Assembly: GCA_030603385.1 (NCBI GenBank)
Contig: JAUVXW010000008.1
Location: 73,248 to 137,247, forward strand
DNA length: 64,000 nucleotides
Direction of reading: 5' to 3'
Source: Promethearchaeota archaeon
GTDB taxonomy: Archaea; Asgardarchaeota; Lokiarchaeia; Sigyniarchaeales; SOKP01
Positions 20,118-29,493 of the stretch are shown one piece after another. The notes under the pieces were generated by a model, which saw nothing but the letters and a program-made list of their open reading frames with translations, searched no databases and was not told where the DNA came from. Both the position numbers and the translations under genes were made by a program. Position 1 is the stretch's first letter. Each line of letters begins with the position of its first letter.

Positions 20118-21587
20118 TTATATAATTATTCCAATTTGCTTCAGCATTTTGAACATTATTCTTCTAGTAATTTCTGGGTCAGCTTGTCCCTTAGTTTTAC
20201 CCATAACTCTACCTATTAAAGCTTCAATTGCTTTTGGATTTTTACGACAATCTTCAACGATTTTCGGGTTTTCTTTAATTACTTCTTTACAATTTCCTTC
20301 AATAATTTCTTCATTAGAAATTCTCTTTTTACCTTTCTTCTCAATTATTTTAGAAATAGAAGAACCATTCATCATTTCACTTATGAATGTTTTTGCTATT
20401 TTAGTGGTAATCTTTCCTTCATTAATGTTGTTGATTAAATCAACTACCAGTTTGGGTTGAACTTTTGTTTCTGTTATTGTCTTATTTTGCTCATTTAAAT
20501 GCCGCAATATATCATTCATCAGCCAATTACAAAATTGTTTATACTCATTCGGGCCGAACGATGGGTCAGAATTCACTCCATCTTCATAAAAGTCAGCGAT
20601 ATCTTTATCTAGAACTAAATTCTCTGAGTCAAATTCTGATAAATTATAATCTCTTTGAAGTCTTATTGCTCTCTCGTTTGGCATTTCTGGTAATTTATCT
20701 TTAACTTGCTGGATGAAATCTTTATCAATTGCTATTGGAACTAAATCTTGTTCAGGAAAGTAGCGATAATCTTCTTCAAATTCTTTCATTCTTAGCGAAA
20801 TAGTAATCCTTCTTTTATCGTCCCAATGTCTTGTTTCCTGGGTTAGCTTCTTACCTCGTTTTAATAGATTTCTTTGTCTCTGAATTTCCCACTTTAACGC
20901 ACGTTCTACTTCCTTAAAACTGCTAATATTTTTAACCTCACTTCGCTCATGTCCTTTAATTGATATATTAGCATCCACTCGAGCAGCTCCAGTTAAGTCT
21001 AAATTTGATATCCTTGTATATTGAACAATTGACTTTAATTGTTTGAGAAACTCTCTCGCTTCTTCAGGAGATCTAATAACTGGTTCGGATACGATTTCAA
21101 TAAGACAAACACCAGATCGATTGTAATCCACTAAAGTATATGGAGATGTCGCGATTGACCCTTTATGTACCAATCTTGCTGGATCCTCTTCTAAATGGAT
21201 TCTGTTAAGTCTTATCTCTTTTTTTTTGCCATTTATTTTAACTGTTATATTCCCTCTATCTGCGAAAGCTCTCCCTCCTGCTTTATTGTACTGACTTATC
21301 TGAAAGCCCTTTGGTAAGTCTACGTAGAAATAATTTTTCCGGAAGAAAAACATTGAATCATTAATTTTACTATCTAATGCTAATGCAAGTCTTGTAGCAA
21401 ATTCGATTGCTCTTTCGTTTATCACAGGCAATGATCCCGGTAACCCTAAACAAATGGGACAATTATGAGAATTTGGTTCAGCTCCTCTATAATCTGCATT
21501 ACAACTGCAGAATAGTTTAGTTTTCAAATTGGTGAGTTGAATATGAACTTCTAATCCAATTATCACGTCTTCATAATTAGAACTCAC
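20118..21587 (-). CDS. gatB: Asp/Glu-tRNA amidotransferase subunit B
   Basis: IGLEVHIQL, RKNYFYVDLPKGFQISQ, DYRYFPE; probable GTG start at 21587 after GGAGG. Confidence 0.95.
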   Translation of the reverse strand: MSSNYEDVIIGLEVHIQLTNLKTKLFCSCNADYRGAEPNSHNCPICLGLPGSLPVINERAIEFATRLALALDSKINDSMFFFRKNYFYVDLPKGFQISQYNKAGGRAFADRGNITVKINGKKKEIRLNRIHLEEDPARLVHKGSIATSPYTLVDYNRSGVCLIEIVSEPVIRSPEEAREFLKQLKSIVQYTRISNLDLTGAARVDANISIKGHERSEVKNISSFKEVERALKWEIQRQRNLLKRGKKLTQETRHWDDKRRITISLRMKEFEEDYRYFPEQDLVPIAIDKDFIQQVKDKLPEMPNERAIRLQRDYNLSEFDSENLVLDKDIADFYEDGVNSDPSFGPNEYKQFCNWLMNDILRHLNEQNKTITETKVQPKLVVDLINNINEGKITTKIAKTFISEMMNGSSISKIIEKKGKKRISNEEIIEGNCKEVIKENPKIVEDCRKNPKAIEALIGRVMGKTKGQADPEITRRIMFKMLKQIGIII

Positions 21588-21588
21588 T

Positions 21589-23070
21589 CTAATTCCCTCC
21601 ATCTTTAATAGGAGCTAGTTTCCTAAAGAAATTTAATTCTTTCTCAAGTAAATATCCGATATTGAGAATTATTTTTTCACTGAAATAATTACCAATAATT
21701 TGAAATCCAATCGGAAGGCCTTTCGTATCAAATCCACATGGAATCGAAAGAGCAGGTAAACCCGCAAGATTCACGGGACAAGTTAAAATATCCATAAAAT
21801 ACATCTGTAATGGGTCATTTACTAATTCTCCAATTTTGAATGCCGTGGTGGGCATTGTAGGGCATACGATAGCATCACATTGATTTAAAGCATTTTGAAA
21901 GTCATTTTTAATAAGAGTTCTAACTTTCAATGCCTTAATATAAAACATATCATAATAACCAGCAGATAGGGTATAACTTCCTAGTATAATCCTTCTCCTT
22001 ACTTCCCTTCCAAATCTTTCACCCCGAGTTTTACTATAAACCTCATATAAATCTCCACTAAGATCACTGCTCATACTTCCGTATCTTAAACCATCATACC
22101 TAGCCAAATTCGAACTTGCTTCGCTCATTGCTATTAAATAATAAGTAGGAATCGCATATTCTAAATGTGGAAAGGAAATCTCAATTGTCTCAGCTCCTAA
22201 ACTATTCAATTTATTAATGGCTCCTTTTACTTTATTTTTTACTTCCTTCTCCAAACCTTCACCAAAAAATTCTTTAGGAATCCCAAGAGTCATTTTTGAA
22301 ATTGGGTTTTGAAGTTCTTCTGTGTATTTATCCACCTTAATATCAACTGTAGTGGAGTCTAAAGGATCATAACCAGCAATGATTTCTAATAATATTGCTG
22401 TGTCATATACACATCTTGATATAGGTCCAATTTGATCTAACGAATTTGCATATGAAACTAATCCATATCTAGAAACTCTCCCATATGTTGGTTTTAAACC
22501 CACTACACCACAATAAGAAGCGGGACATCTAATACTTCCCCCTGTATCACTTCCTAGTGAAACTGGCGTTTGACCTGAAGCTACACATGAACCCGATCCT
22601 CCACTTGATCCTCCCGGAACTCTTTCTAGGTCCCAAGGATTATAAGTTGGGCCATAACAACTATTTTCAGTAGAAGAGCCCATAGCAAATTCATCCATAT
22701 TTGTACGACCCACACATATTGCTCCTTCCTTTTCGATTAAACGGTTAATAACAGTAGCATTATAAGGTGGATAATATCCTTCTAAAATCTTAGAGCCACA
22801 AGTAGTAGGACTATCCTTAATACAAATAAGATCTTTTATTCCCATAGGTAATCCATAAAGTCTCCCTACAGGCTTACCTTTATTTAATTTTTCATCTAAT
22901 TGTTTTGCTTTGTTTAGTGCTTTTTCTTTAGATAGGTGAACAAAAGAATGTAATTTGTCTTCAGTTTTTTCTATTCTTTCATAAATTTGGTATATTAATT
23001 CTTCGATGGTAATTTCTTTACTCTTTATTTTCTCAATTAGTTCATATGCCATGTATTCATAGAGTTTCAT
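21589..23070 (-). CDS. gatA: Asp/Glu-tRNA amidotransferase subunit A
   Basis: Amidase signature PGGSSGGS, GSDTGGSIR, NLARYDG, EVRRRIILG. Confidence 0.95.
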   Translation of the reverse strand: MKLYEYMAYELIEKIKSKEITIEELIYQIYERIEKTEDKLHSFVHLSKEKALNKAKQLDEKLNKGKPVGRLYGLPMGIKDLICIKDSPTTCGSKILEGYYPPYNATVINRLIEKEGAICVGRTNMDEFAMGSSTENSCYGPTYNPWDLERVPGGSSGGSGSCVASGQTPVSLGSDTGGSIRCPASYCGVVGLKPTYGRVSRYGLVSYANSLDQIGPISRCVYDTAILLEIIAGYDPLDSTTVDIKVDKYTEELQNPISKMTLGIPKEFFGEGLEKEVKNKVKGAINKLNSLGAETIEISFPHLEYAIPTYYLIAMSEASSNLARYDGLRYGSMSSDLSGDLYEVYSKTRGERFGREVRRRIILGSYTLSAGYYDMFYIKALKVRTLIKNDFQNALNQCDAIVCPTMPTTAFKIGELVNDPLQMYFMDILTCPVNLAGLPALSIPCGFDTKGLPIGFQIIGNYFSEKIILNIGYLLEKELNFFRKLAPIKDGGN

Positions 23071-23150
23071 TTACAGCAAACCACACTTTTAAATATTGTA
23101 GGAAAAGGATCTATTTAATATCTCTTATTTGGTGTCATGAGTTCATTTTT

Positions 23151-24452
23151 TTAAGGTGCTTTTCTTAACATAGTTCTGGGGAATGGAATGGCATCTTTAA
23201 TATTATCTAACCCACATAACCACATAATAACTCTCTCAACACCTAAACCATAACCAGAATGAGGTACACTGCCATAACGCCTCAATTCAAAGTACCACTC
23301 ATAATTTTTTGGATCTTCCCCGTCAGCTTCTAATCTCTTTATCATATTCTCTAGTAATAAAGAACGCTCTGAACCACCAACAATTTCACAATATCTTTCT
23401 GGCGCTAACATGTCAAAACATAATGCTTCTTTAGGATTTTCTTCACTTGGTGGTTTATAAAAACCCATAATTTCTGTGGGATAATGCGTGACAACAACAG
23501 GAACTTTGAAATGTTCAGCAATTTTCGTTTCTTCCATAGTTCTTAAATCTTTACCCCAAGGAACATTCATTTTATATTTTGTATTAAGGATATCTAAAGC
23601 TTCTGAATATTTTATAGTTGGATATTCAGCTTCTGTATAATGCTCTAACAATTTAATATCTCTCTCTAAAATTTCTAGTTCTTTTTTATTATGCTTCAAT
23701 ACTTCTTTCACAATAAACCTAATTTCATCTTTAGCAACTTCTGTAACTTCATCAAGTTGCATCCACGCAGCTTCCATTTCTGCCATCCAGAATTCTGATA
23801 AATGTCTTGATGTTTTTGATTTTTCTGCTCTAAACGTTGGACCCATATTGTAAATTTTACCTAATGAAAAAATACCTGCTTCAGCATATAATTGCCATGT
23901 TTGACTAAGATATGTTATGTCGTCAAAATATTTAACCTCAAATAGGGTGGCTCCACCTTCAGATTGGTTGGGTTGGAAAATAGGTGCATCAAATTTATAA
24001 TAACCATGACTTCTAAAAAATTCATGTATAGCTCCAACAACTGTATGCCTGATTTTTAGAATTGCATTTAATTTTCTTGATCTTATCCAAAGATGCCTAT
24101 TATCATATAAAAGCTCTGGTGATTGATGTTCTGTAATTGGAAACGGTTCAGCTATTTGAACGATTTGTAAATCTGACACAGAAACCTCATAACCCGTTGG
24201 AGCTCTTTCATCCTCCTTTAGATCCCCTGAAATTTTAACCGAAGATTCAATTGTTAACTTTTCAGCTTTCTCAAATATCTCTGGGCTCTTAGCTTTTGAT
24301 ATAACACATTGTATTATGTCCGATTCATCCCTTAGGACTATAAATACAAATTTATTTGATTTTCTTTCTCTATATACCCAACCTCTTAAATTCACATTAG
24401 AATCTTCTTGTTTTAACGATTCTTCAATGGTTGTATATTTTAAATCCTTCAT
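23151..24452 (-). CDS. asnS: Asparagine--tRNA ligase
   Basis: OB-fold N-terminus; FRAEKSKTSRHLSEFWMAEMEAAW, EIVGGSER, YGSVPHSGYGLGVER typical of archaeal AsnRS. Confidence 0.85.
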   Translation of the reverse strand: MKDLKYTTIEESLKQEDSNVNLRGWVYRERKSNKFVFIVLRDESDIIQCVISKAKSPEIFEKAEKLTIESSVKISGDLKEDERAPTGYEVSVSDLQIVQIAEPFPITEHQSPELLYDNRHLWIRSRKLNAILKIRHTVVGAIHEFFRSHGYYKFDAPIFQPNQSEGGATLFEVKYFDDITYLSQTWQLYAEAGIFSLGKIYNMGPTFRAEKSKTSRHLSEFWMAEMEAAWMQLDEVTEVAKDEIRFIVKEVLKHNKKELEILERDIKLLEHYTEAEYPTIKYSEALDILNTKYKMNVPWGKDLRTMEETKIAEHFKVPVVVTHYPTEIMGFYKPPSEENPKEALCFDMLAPERYCEIVGGSERSLLLENMIKRLEADGEDPKNYEWYFELRRYGSVPHSGYGLGVERVIMWLCGLDNIKDAIPFPRTMLRKAP

Positions 24453-24546
24453 TTTTGAATTGTGAGAATGTTTTATGAATTTAAACTTACAATACTAGTA
24501 GAAATAAGCGATTTCTAAAAAATTTGACTGATTTTAATTCTAAAAT

Positions 24547-25332
24547 CTAATTTTCTTCCTGCTTTCTAAGAAGATATTTAGAGAAGATATTCATATAAAG
24601 ACACTCTTCCGGTGCCATTTCGGGAGTTAACTGGGGATTTTCCGTGAACTCAACATTGCTTCCCCTAATAATAACCACTGGAGTTTGTTGATCAGCTTCA
24701 CTTAGAAGAAATTGAGCGGCACTAGTAAGATCATCTGCTATCGCTCTCATTGTAATTTCCATAGGTCTTTTAAAGAGATCTGGGTGTCCTCGCAAATCTT
24801 CAACAGGTTCAAATCCAGCTGTAGCTATAGCGATTCCAATAGTACCTTTTCTGAGAGGTTGAACCCTTGAATCTGCTATTATCACTCCCAGTTTTTCTAT
24901 CCCAAACTCTTTTCTTAATTCTTTCCAGTATTCCCAAACAACTTTTTTAAGATCCTTTGGGAGTAAAACAACTCTATTTGGTCCTGCATTTGATTGATCG
25001 ATTCCAGCATTAGCAATTAAAAAATTATTCACCTTGGCTAAGATGACATGTGTCATTCCTCCTAAAATCATTGACGCTTCCTGCATTATCAGTTCTACAA
25101 AACGTTCATCCATATCATACTCTTTTGCCATTTCCTTCGCTTTTTCTGAAACATTTGTTACATCAGATAGGTTTATCACTCTTCCCTGTGAAGTAGCTAT
25201 TACTTTTTCTGCAATTACAATAATATCTCCTTCTTTTAAAGATTCCCCTTGTTTGGCTATGTTTTCAATTATGATACTCAATAAATTATCATTTTCTTTA
25301 ATAAGGGGTAGTTTAATTGAAAATAGTTCCAT
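24547..25332 (-). CDS. cofE: CofE-family gamma-glutamyl ligase
   Basis: IAEKVIATSQG, ANAGIDQSN, VIIADS, PVVIIRG. Confidence 0.85.
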   Translation of the reverse strand: MELFSIKLPLIKENDNLLSIIIENIAKQGESLKEGDIIVIAEKVIATSQGRVINLSDVTNVSEKAKEMAKEYDMDERFVELIMQEASMILGGMTHVILAKVNNFLIANAGIDQSNAGPNRVVLLPKDLKKVVWEYWKELRKEFGIEKLGVIIADSRVQPLRKGTIGIAIATAGFEPVEDLRGHPDLFKRPMEITMRAIADDLTSAAQFLLSEADQQTPVVIIRGSNVEFTENPQLTPEMAPEECLYMNIFSKYLLRKQEEN

Positions 25333-25514
25333 TGTAGGAAAGAAGAATTAATTTTATTTAATATTATTTCGGTTTTATCAAAAAGTGGTGATAATTAAGT
25401 TAATTAGATAACAAATGAAATAATAAAATTATATCAATGGATAAAATTAACGTGACTCTAGATCTTCATCAATTAAACTTATTTGAAATAATGAGTTCAT
25501 TTTATTGATAACAC

Positions 25515-26378
25515 ATGAAAAATTTATACCTGAATTTATTTGATACTTTAGAGATTGGGGATAACTTCCCAACGGTAATAATGGGTGTTTTGAATTTAAG
25601 TCCTGAGAGTTTTTACCAAGGATCTGTTTATTCCAATACTCACTCTTTAGAGAATGCTACAATAGAAATGATAAATAACGGTGCGAAAATATTAGATTTG
25701 GGTGCTCGATCTTCTGCTCCCTGGTCTCAAAAAATTACTACTGAAAAAGAAATTAACCGATTAAGTTCAGCTATGGAATCTGTTTGCAACATCATTCCAG
25801 ACGATATTATTATCTCTGTTGATACTCAATATAGTGAAGTTGCTCAAGTTGCTTATGACATTTCTCTAAAACATAAAAAAAAAATTATCGTCAATGACGT
25901 AAGTTGTTTAAAAACAGACCCTTCCCTACAAGATTTTATAATTGAACATGATCTTCCAATCATTTTAATGGCATCGAAAAAAATTCCCGGAGATTTATGT
26001 ACAATTGAAGAAATAATCCAAGAATTTGAAAAAACTATAAAAAAACTTCAATCACAGGGCTATAATGCGAATCAGATTATTTTAGACCCTGGTATAGGTA
26101 AATGGATTAAAAAAAAAGTACATACTTATGATTTGAAAATAATAGGGAATTTAAAAAAGCTTAGGAAACTTGAGAAACCTATTTTAGTAGCCATTTCAAG
26201 AAAATCGTTTATTGGTACTACACTAAATCTTCCTGATCCTGAAGATAGATTGAGTGGAACGCTCTCTTCAACAGCAATAGCGATCTATAATGGGGCTCAT
26301 ATTGTTCGAACTCATGACGTAGACAAAAGGCTCTTTGAAATGGTAAAAATGGCTGAGGAAATCCGAAGAAATCAGTAG
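25515..26378 (+). CDS. folP: Dihydropteroate synthase
   Basis: MGVLNLSPESFY, SVDT, ILDPGIG, SRKSFIG, VRTHDV. Confidence 0.9.
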   Translation: MKNLYLNLFDTLEIGDNFPTVIMGVLNLSPESFYQGSVYSNTHSLENATIEMINNGAKILDLGARSSAPWSQKITTEKEINRLSSAMESVCNIIPDDIIISVDTQYSEVAQVAYDISLKHKKKIIVNDVSCLKTDPSLQDFIIEHDLPIILMASKKIPGDLCTIEEIIQEFEKTIKKLQSQGYNANQIILDPGIGKWIKKKVHTYDLKIIGNLKKLRKLEKPILVAISRKSFIGTTLNLPDPEDRLSGTLSSTAIAIYNGAHIVRTHDVDKRLFEMVKMAEEIRRNQ

Positions 26379-26661
26379 TTCTCTATTTTTTTGTAAAAAA
26401 TCTATCTTGAAGAATTGGGCAGGTAGAATTAATAATTATAATAATAATTATTGAATTGAATATATTATTTAATTAAATAGCAGATCTCCGAATACTGGCA
26501 AAATAAAACAACTCTTTAGCGTTCTTGAGCGATGAAAAAATGTACTTATATTTAAATTTGAGTATTACTATATATTATATGTAAATCGTTAAATTATCAC
26601 ATAAGTTCAATTTAGATTAGATAAATTTAACCTTACAAACTACATGTAAAATCGAATTCTT

Positions 26662-28686
26662 ATGCCTGAAAAAGAAAATAACTCTTATGATGCTGATGAT
26701 ATCACCGTTTTGAAAGGCTTGGACGGAGTAAGACGTCGTCCAGCAATGTACATCGGCGATCAAGGGAAGAAGGGACTTCACCACCTTATTTTTGAAGTAC
26801 TTGATAACTCTGTCGATGAAGCGATTGGGGGATATGCTGATGAGATAAAGGTAACGCTTTACAAAGATAATTCAGTTCAAATATCTGATAATGGTCGGGG
26901 GATTCCTATTGATGAACACCCCGAATATAAGAGACCTGCACTTGAAGTAATCATGGAACATTTACATGCTGGTGGTAAGTTTGATAATAAAAGTTATAAA
27001 ATTTCAGGTGGCTTACATGGCATTGGGCTTTCAGTTGTGAATGCTTTAACTGAATGGATGGATGTTGAGGTCTGTCGTGATGGACTCCTCTATAAACAGA
27101 AATTCTCAAAAGGAAAAAAAGCGACAGAAGCCGAAATAACAGAAGTAAAACCCACGAAATCTTACACAAAGATCAAATTTTATCCAGATAATTCTATTTT
27201 TGAATTTGATCCAAATGATCCAATATTCAGTGCACATACTATTACTACAAGGATACGAGAGCTTGCATTCCTTAATCCACACACGCGATTTGAACTTCAT
27301 GATAAATTTAAAGACGAAACAGAAGAATTTCATTATGAAGGAGGATTAAAAGAATTTGTAACGTATTTAAATAAAGATAGACAGCCTTTACATAATGATA
27401 TTATTTATATAAGCGATTCTTTTGATGATAAAGATGGTTCTACGGTAATGTGTGAAATTGCAGCGCAATACAACCAAGGATATCAGACAAATATTCTATC
27501 TTATGCAAATACAATAAACACAATTGAGGGAGGAACCCATTTGACCGGATTTAAATCAGCCTTGACAAGGGGTTTTAATTCTTATATCGAAAATTATATG
27601 GAAAAGAAGTATAAAGACCATGTATTAAGTGGGACTGACACAAGAGAAGGATTATCCGCAGTAATTTCAGTTAAACTTCCTGAACCTCAATTTGAAAGTC
27701 AAACAAAAATTAAGTTAGGAAATCCAGAAATTCGTCAGATTGTAAGCCAGATGGTTACTGATAGATTAACTCAATATTTAGAGGAACATCCACAAACAGC
27801 TAAGAGAATTATTTTAAAAACTATTAATGCTAAAATAGCTCGTGAAGCAGCTCAAAAAGCTAGATTGCTAATCCGTAGAAAATCTGCATTAGATAGTGCA
27901 AGGATGCCTGGCAAACTTGCTGATTGTTCTTCTAATAATCCCGAAGAATCTGAACTTTTTATCGTTGAGGGAAATTCAGCTGGAGGTTCTGCTAAGCAAG
28001 GAAGAGATAGAAATTACCAAGCCATTCTTCCTCTTAGAGGTAAGATATTAAATGTAGAAAAAGCACGTATAGATAAGGTACTTCAAAACAATGAGATTCA
28101 ATCTATTATCAAGGTCTTGGGAGTAGGATTTCAAGAAGATAATGAACAAAATGGGACAAATGGGACAAATGCTGGAACTGAAGAAGCTGAAGAAACTGAA
28201 AAAAACTTAGATTTAAGTAAGTTGCGATATCACAAAGTAGTAATAATGTGTGACGCAGATATCGATGGTTTCCATATTGAAACCTTATTACTTACTTTCT
28301 TTTTTAGATATATGCGTCCTTTAATAGATGAAGGACATCTCTATATTGCATGTCCGCCGTTATATAAAGTCAGTTATAAGAAAAATAAAGAATATGTTTA
28401 CACAGATAAAGAAAAAGATGATTTTATCCAAGAACTAAAAACAAAATATGAACTAAAAGATACATCCTCAGTTAAGATCTCTCGATATAAAGGGCTTGGT
28501 GAAATGAATGCAGAGGAGCTCTATATGACAACAATGAATAGAGACACTAGGAAACTAAAGAAAGTTACTTATGAAGATTATTTAGAAAACGATTTAATGT
28601 TTACTAAACTCATGGGTAAAGAAGTAAAACCCCGGAAAAAGTTTATAATCAGCCATTTTGATGAAGTAAATGTGTTAGATATCTAA
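26662..28686 (+). CDS. gyrB: DNA gyrase subunit B
   Basis: VRRRPAMYIG, SGGLHGIG, EGNSAGG, PLRGKILNV, DADIDG, RYKGLGEM. Confidence 0.95.
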   Translation: MPEKENNSYDADDITVLKGLDGVRRRPAMYIGDQGKKGLHHLIFEVLDNSVDEAIGGYADEIKVTLYKDNSVQISDNGRGIPIDEHPEYKRPALEVIMEHLHAGGKFDNKSYKISGGLHGIGLSVVNALTEWMDVEVCRDGLLYKQKFSKGKKATEAEITEVKPTKSYTKIKFYPDNSIFEFDPNDPIFSAHTITTRIRELAFLNPHTRFELHDKFKDETEEFHYEGGLKEFVTYLNKDRQPLHNDIIYISDSFDDKDGSTVMCEIAAQYNQGYQTNILSYANTINTIEGGTHLTGFKSALTRGFNSYIENYMEKKYKDHVLSGTDTREGLSAVISVKLPEPQFESQTKIKLGNPEIRQIVSQMVTDRLTQYLEEHPQTAKRIILKTINAKIAREAAQKARLLIRRKSALDSARMPGKLADCSSNNPEESELFIVEGNSAGGSAKQGRDRNYQAILPLRGKILNVEKARIDKVLQNNEIQSIIKVLGVGFQEDNEQNGTNGTNAGTEEAEETEKNLDLSKLRYHKVVIMCDADIDGFHIETLLLTFFFRYMRPLIDEGHLYIACPPLYKVSYKKNKEYVYTDKEKDDFIQELKTKYELKDTSSVKISRYKGLGEMNAEELYMTTMNRDTRKLKKVTYEDYLENDLMFTKLMGKEVKPRKKFIISHFDEVNVLDI

Positions 28687-28701
28687 TCTATATAATTTTA
28701 T
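28667..28701. repeat. Left 35-bp direct repeat (gyrB 3' end to cassette ATG)
   Basis: TAAATGTGTTAGATATCTAATCTATATAATTTTAT; 33/35 identical to 29427-29461. Confidence 0.9.
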
Positions 28702-29425
28702 GCAAATATTCAAAATAAATATGCAAATATTCAAAATAAATAGTTATATAACATTAAAGTTGGAAAATAGTAAGACTAATATTTACATCAATGAAATTTT
28801 ATTTAGACAATGTAAATACTTATTATTAAAAAGACTAAAAATTAATGACTTAGGAACTTATTTAAACGAATTCAAATCTATTGATGAAGAATCTGAGAAT
28901 TTAGATCATTCATTAGAGCATGAGCCTTCTGAAATACCGCCTAAGACCGAGTTTTGGGCACATTGTTCCAATCTACAAGTCTGGGCAGAACATAACTACG
29001 ATACCAATATGCTACATTATTCGCTTTCGTTTGATCTTTTGAAGAAATTAGCAGAGGTCGGTGATATACAAGCAAAAAGAGGATTTAAAGATGAATTAGT
29101 TAGAAGGCTTCTAAGTGGTTATATCCCCGTGTTTTGTTACTTATTCTTTGAAGGGTTCTTGAAAATTTTTTCTAAGGATGAAATAAAAGATATATTGAAG
29201 GAAGTTAAAAGAAAAAATTACTTAGTTTACCTCGTCTATTCGACAATCTTAATTGGAGAAGATGAAAACTTTCTACAGTATAACAAAAAGAAATTGATAA
29301 AATTTACATTTATGATAGAGAATTTTCTAGAATCTGACTGCTTCGAAAATCTCCATCTAAAAGATCCAGAAATTGATGATTTCGTAAATGCATTAAGAAA
29401 ATTAAAACAAAAAATAAAAAATTAG
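28700..29425 (+). CDS. Lokiarchaeal 'EFWxHCSNLQxW' family protein inserted between gyrB and gyrA
   Basis: FKINSYITLKLE...FRQCKYLLL...EFWAHCSNLQVWAEHNYDT...LLKKLAEVGD; first 21 nt tandemly duplicated. Confidence 0.8.
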   Translation: MQIFKINMQIFKINSYITLKLENSKTNIYINEILFRQCKYLLLKRLKINDLGTYLNEFKSIDEESENLDHSLEHEPSEIPPKTEFWAHCSNLQVWAEHNYDTNMLHYSLSFDLLKKLAEVGDIQAKRGFKDELVRRLLSGYIPVFCYLFFEGFLKIFSKDEIKDILKEVKRKNYLVYLVYSTILIGEDENFLQYNKKKLIKFTFMIENFLESDCFENLHLKDPEIDDFVNALRKLKQKIKN

Positions 29426-29426
29426 T

Positions 29427-29461
29427 TAAATGTGTTGGATATCTAATTTATATAATTTTAT
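29427..29461. repeat. Right 35-bp direct repeat
   Basis: TAAATGTGTTGGATATCTAATTTATATAATTTTAT, starting 1 nt after the cassette stop codon. Confidence 0.9.
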
Positions 29462-29493
29462 ATTTATTTAAATTAAAATATTAGGTCATTATT

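Noticed and set aside
28135-28205. 9-bp repeats encoding NGTNGTNAGT/EEAEETE in gyrB
   Set aside because: Low-complexity loop at a known variable position; not an intein or mobile element.
28675-28686. Palindrome as a Xer/dif site
   Set aside because: It lacks the 11-6-11 arm-spacer-arm organisation of dif sites.
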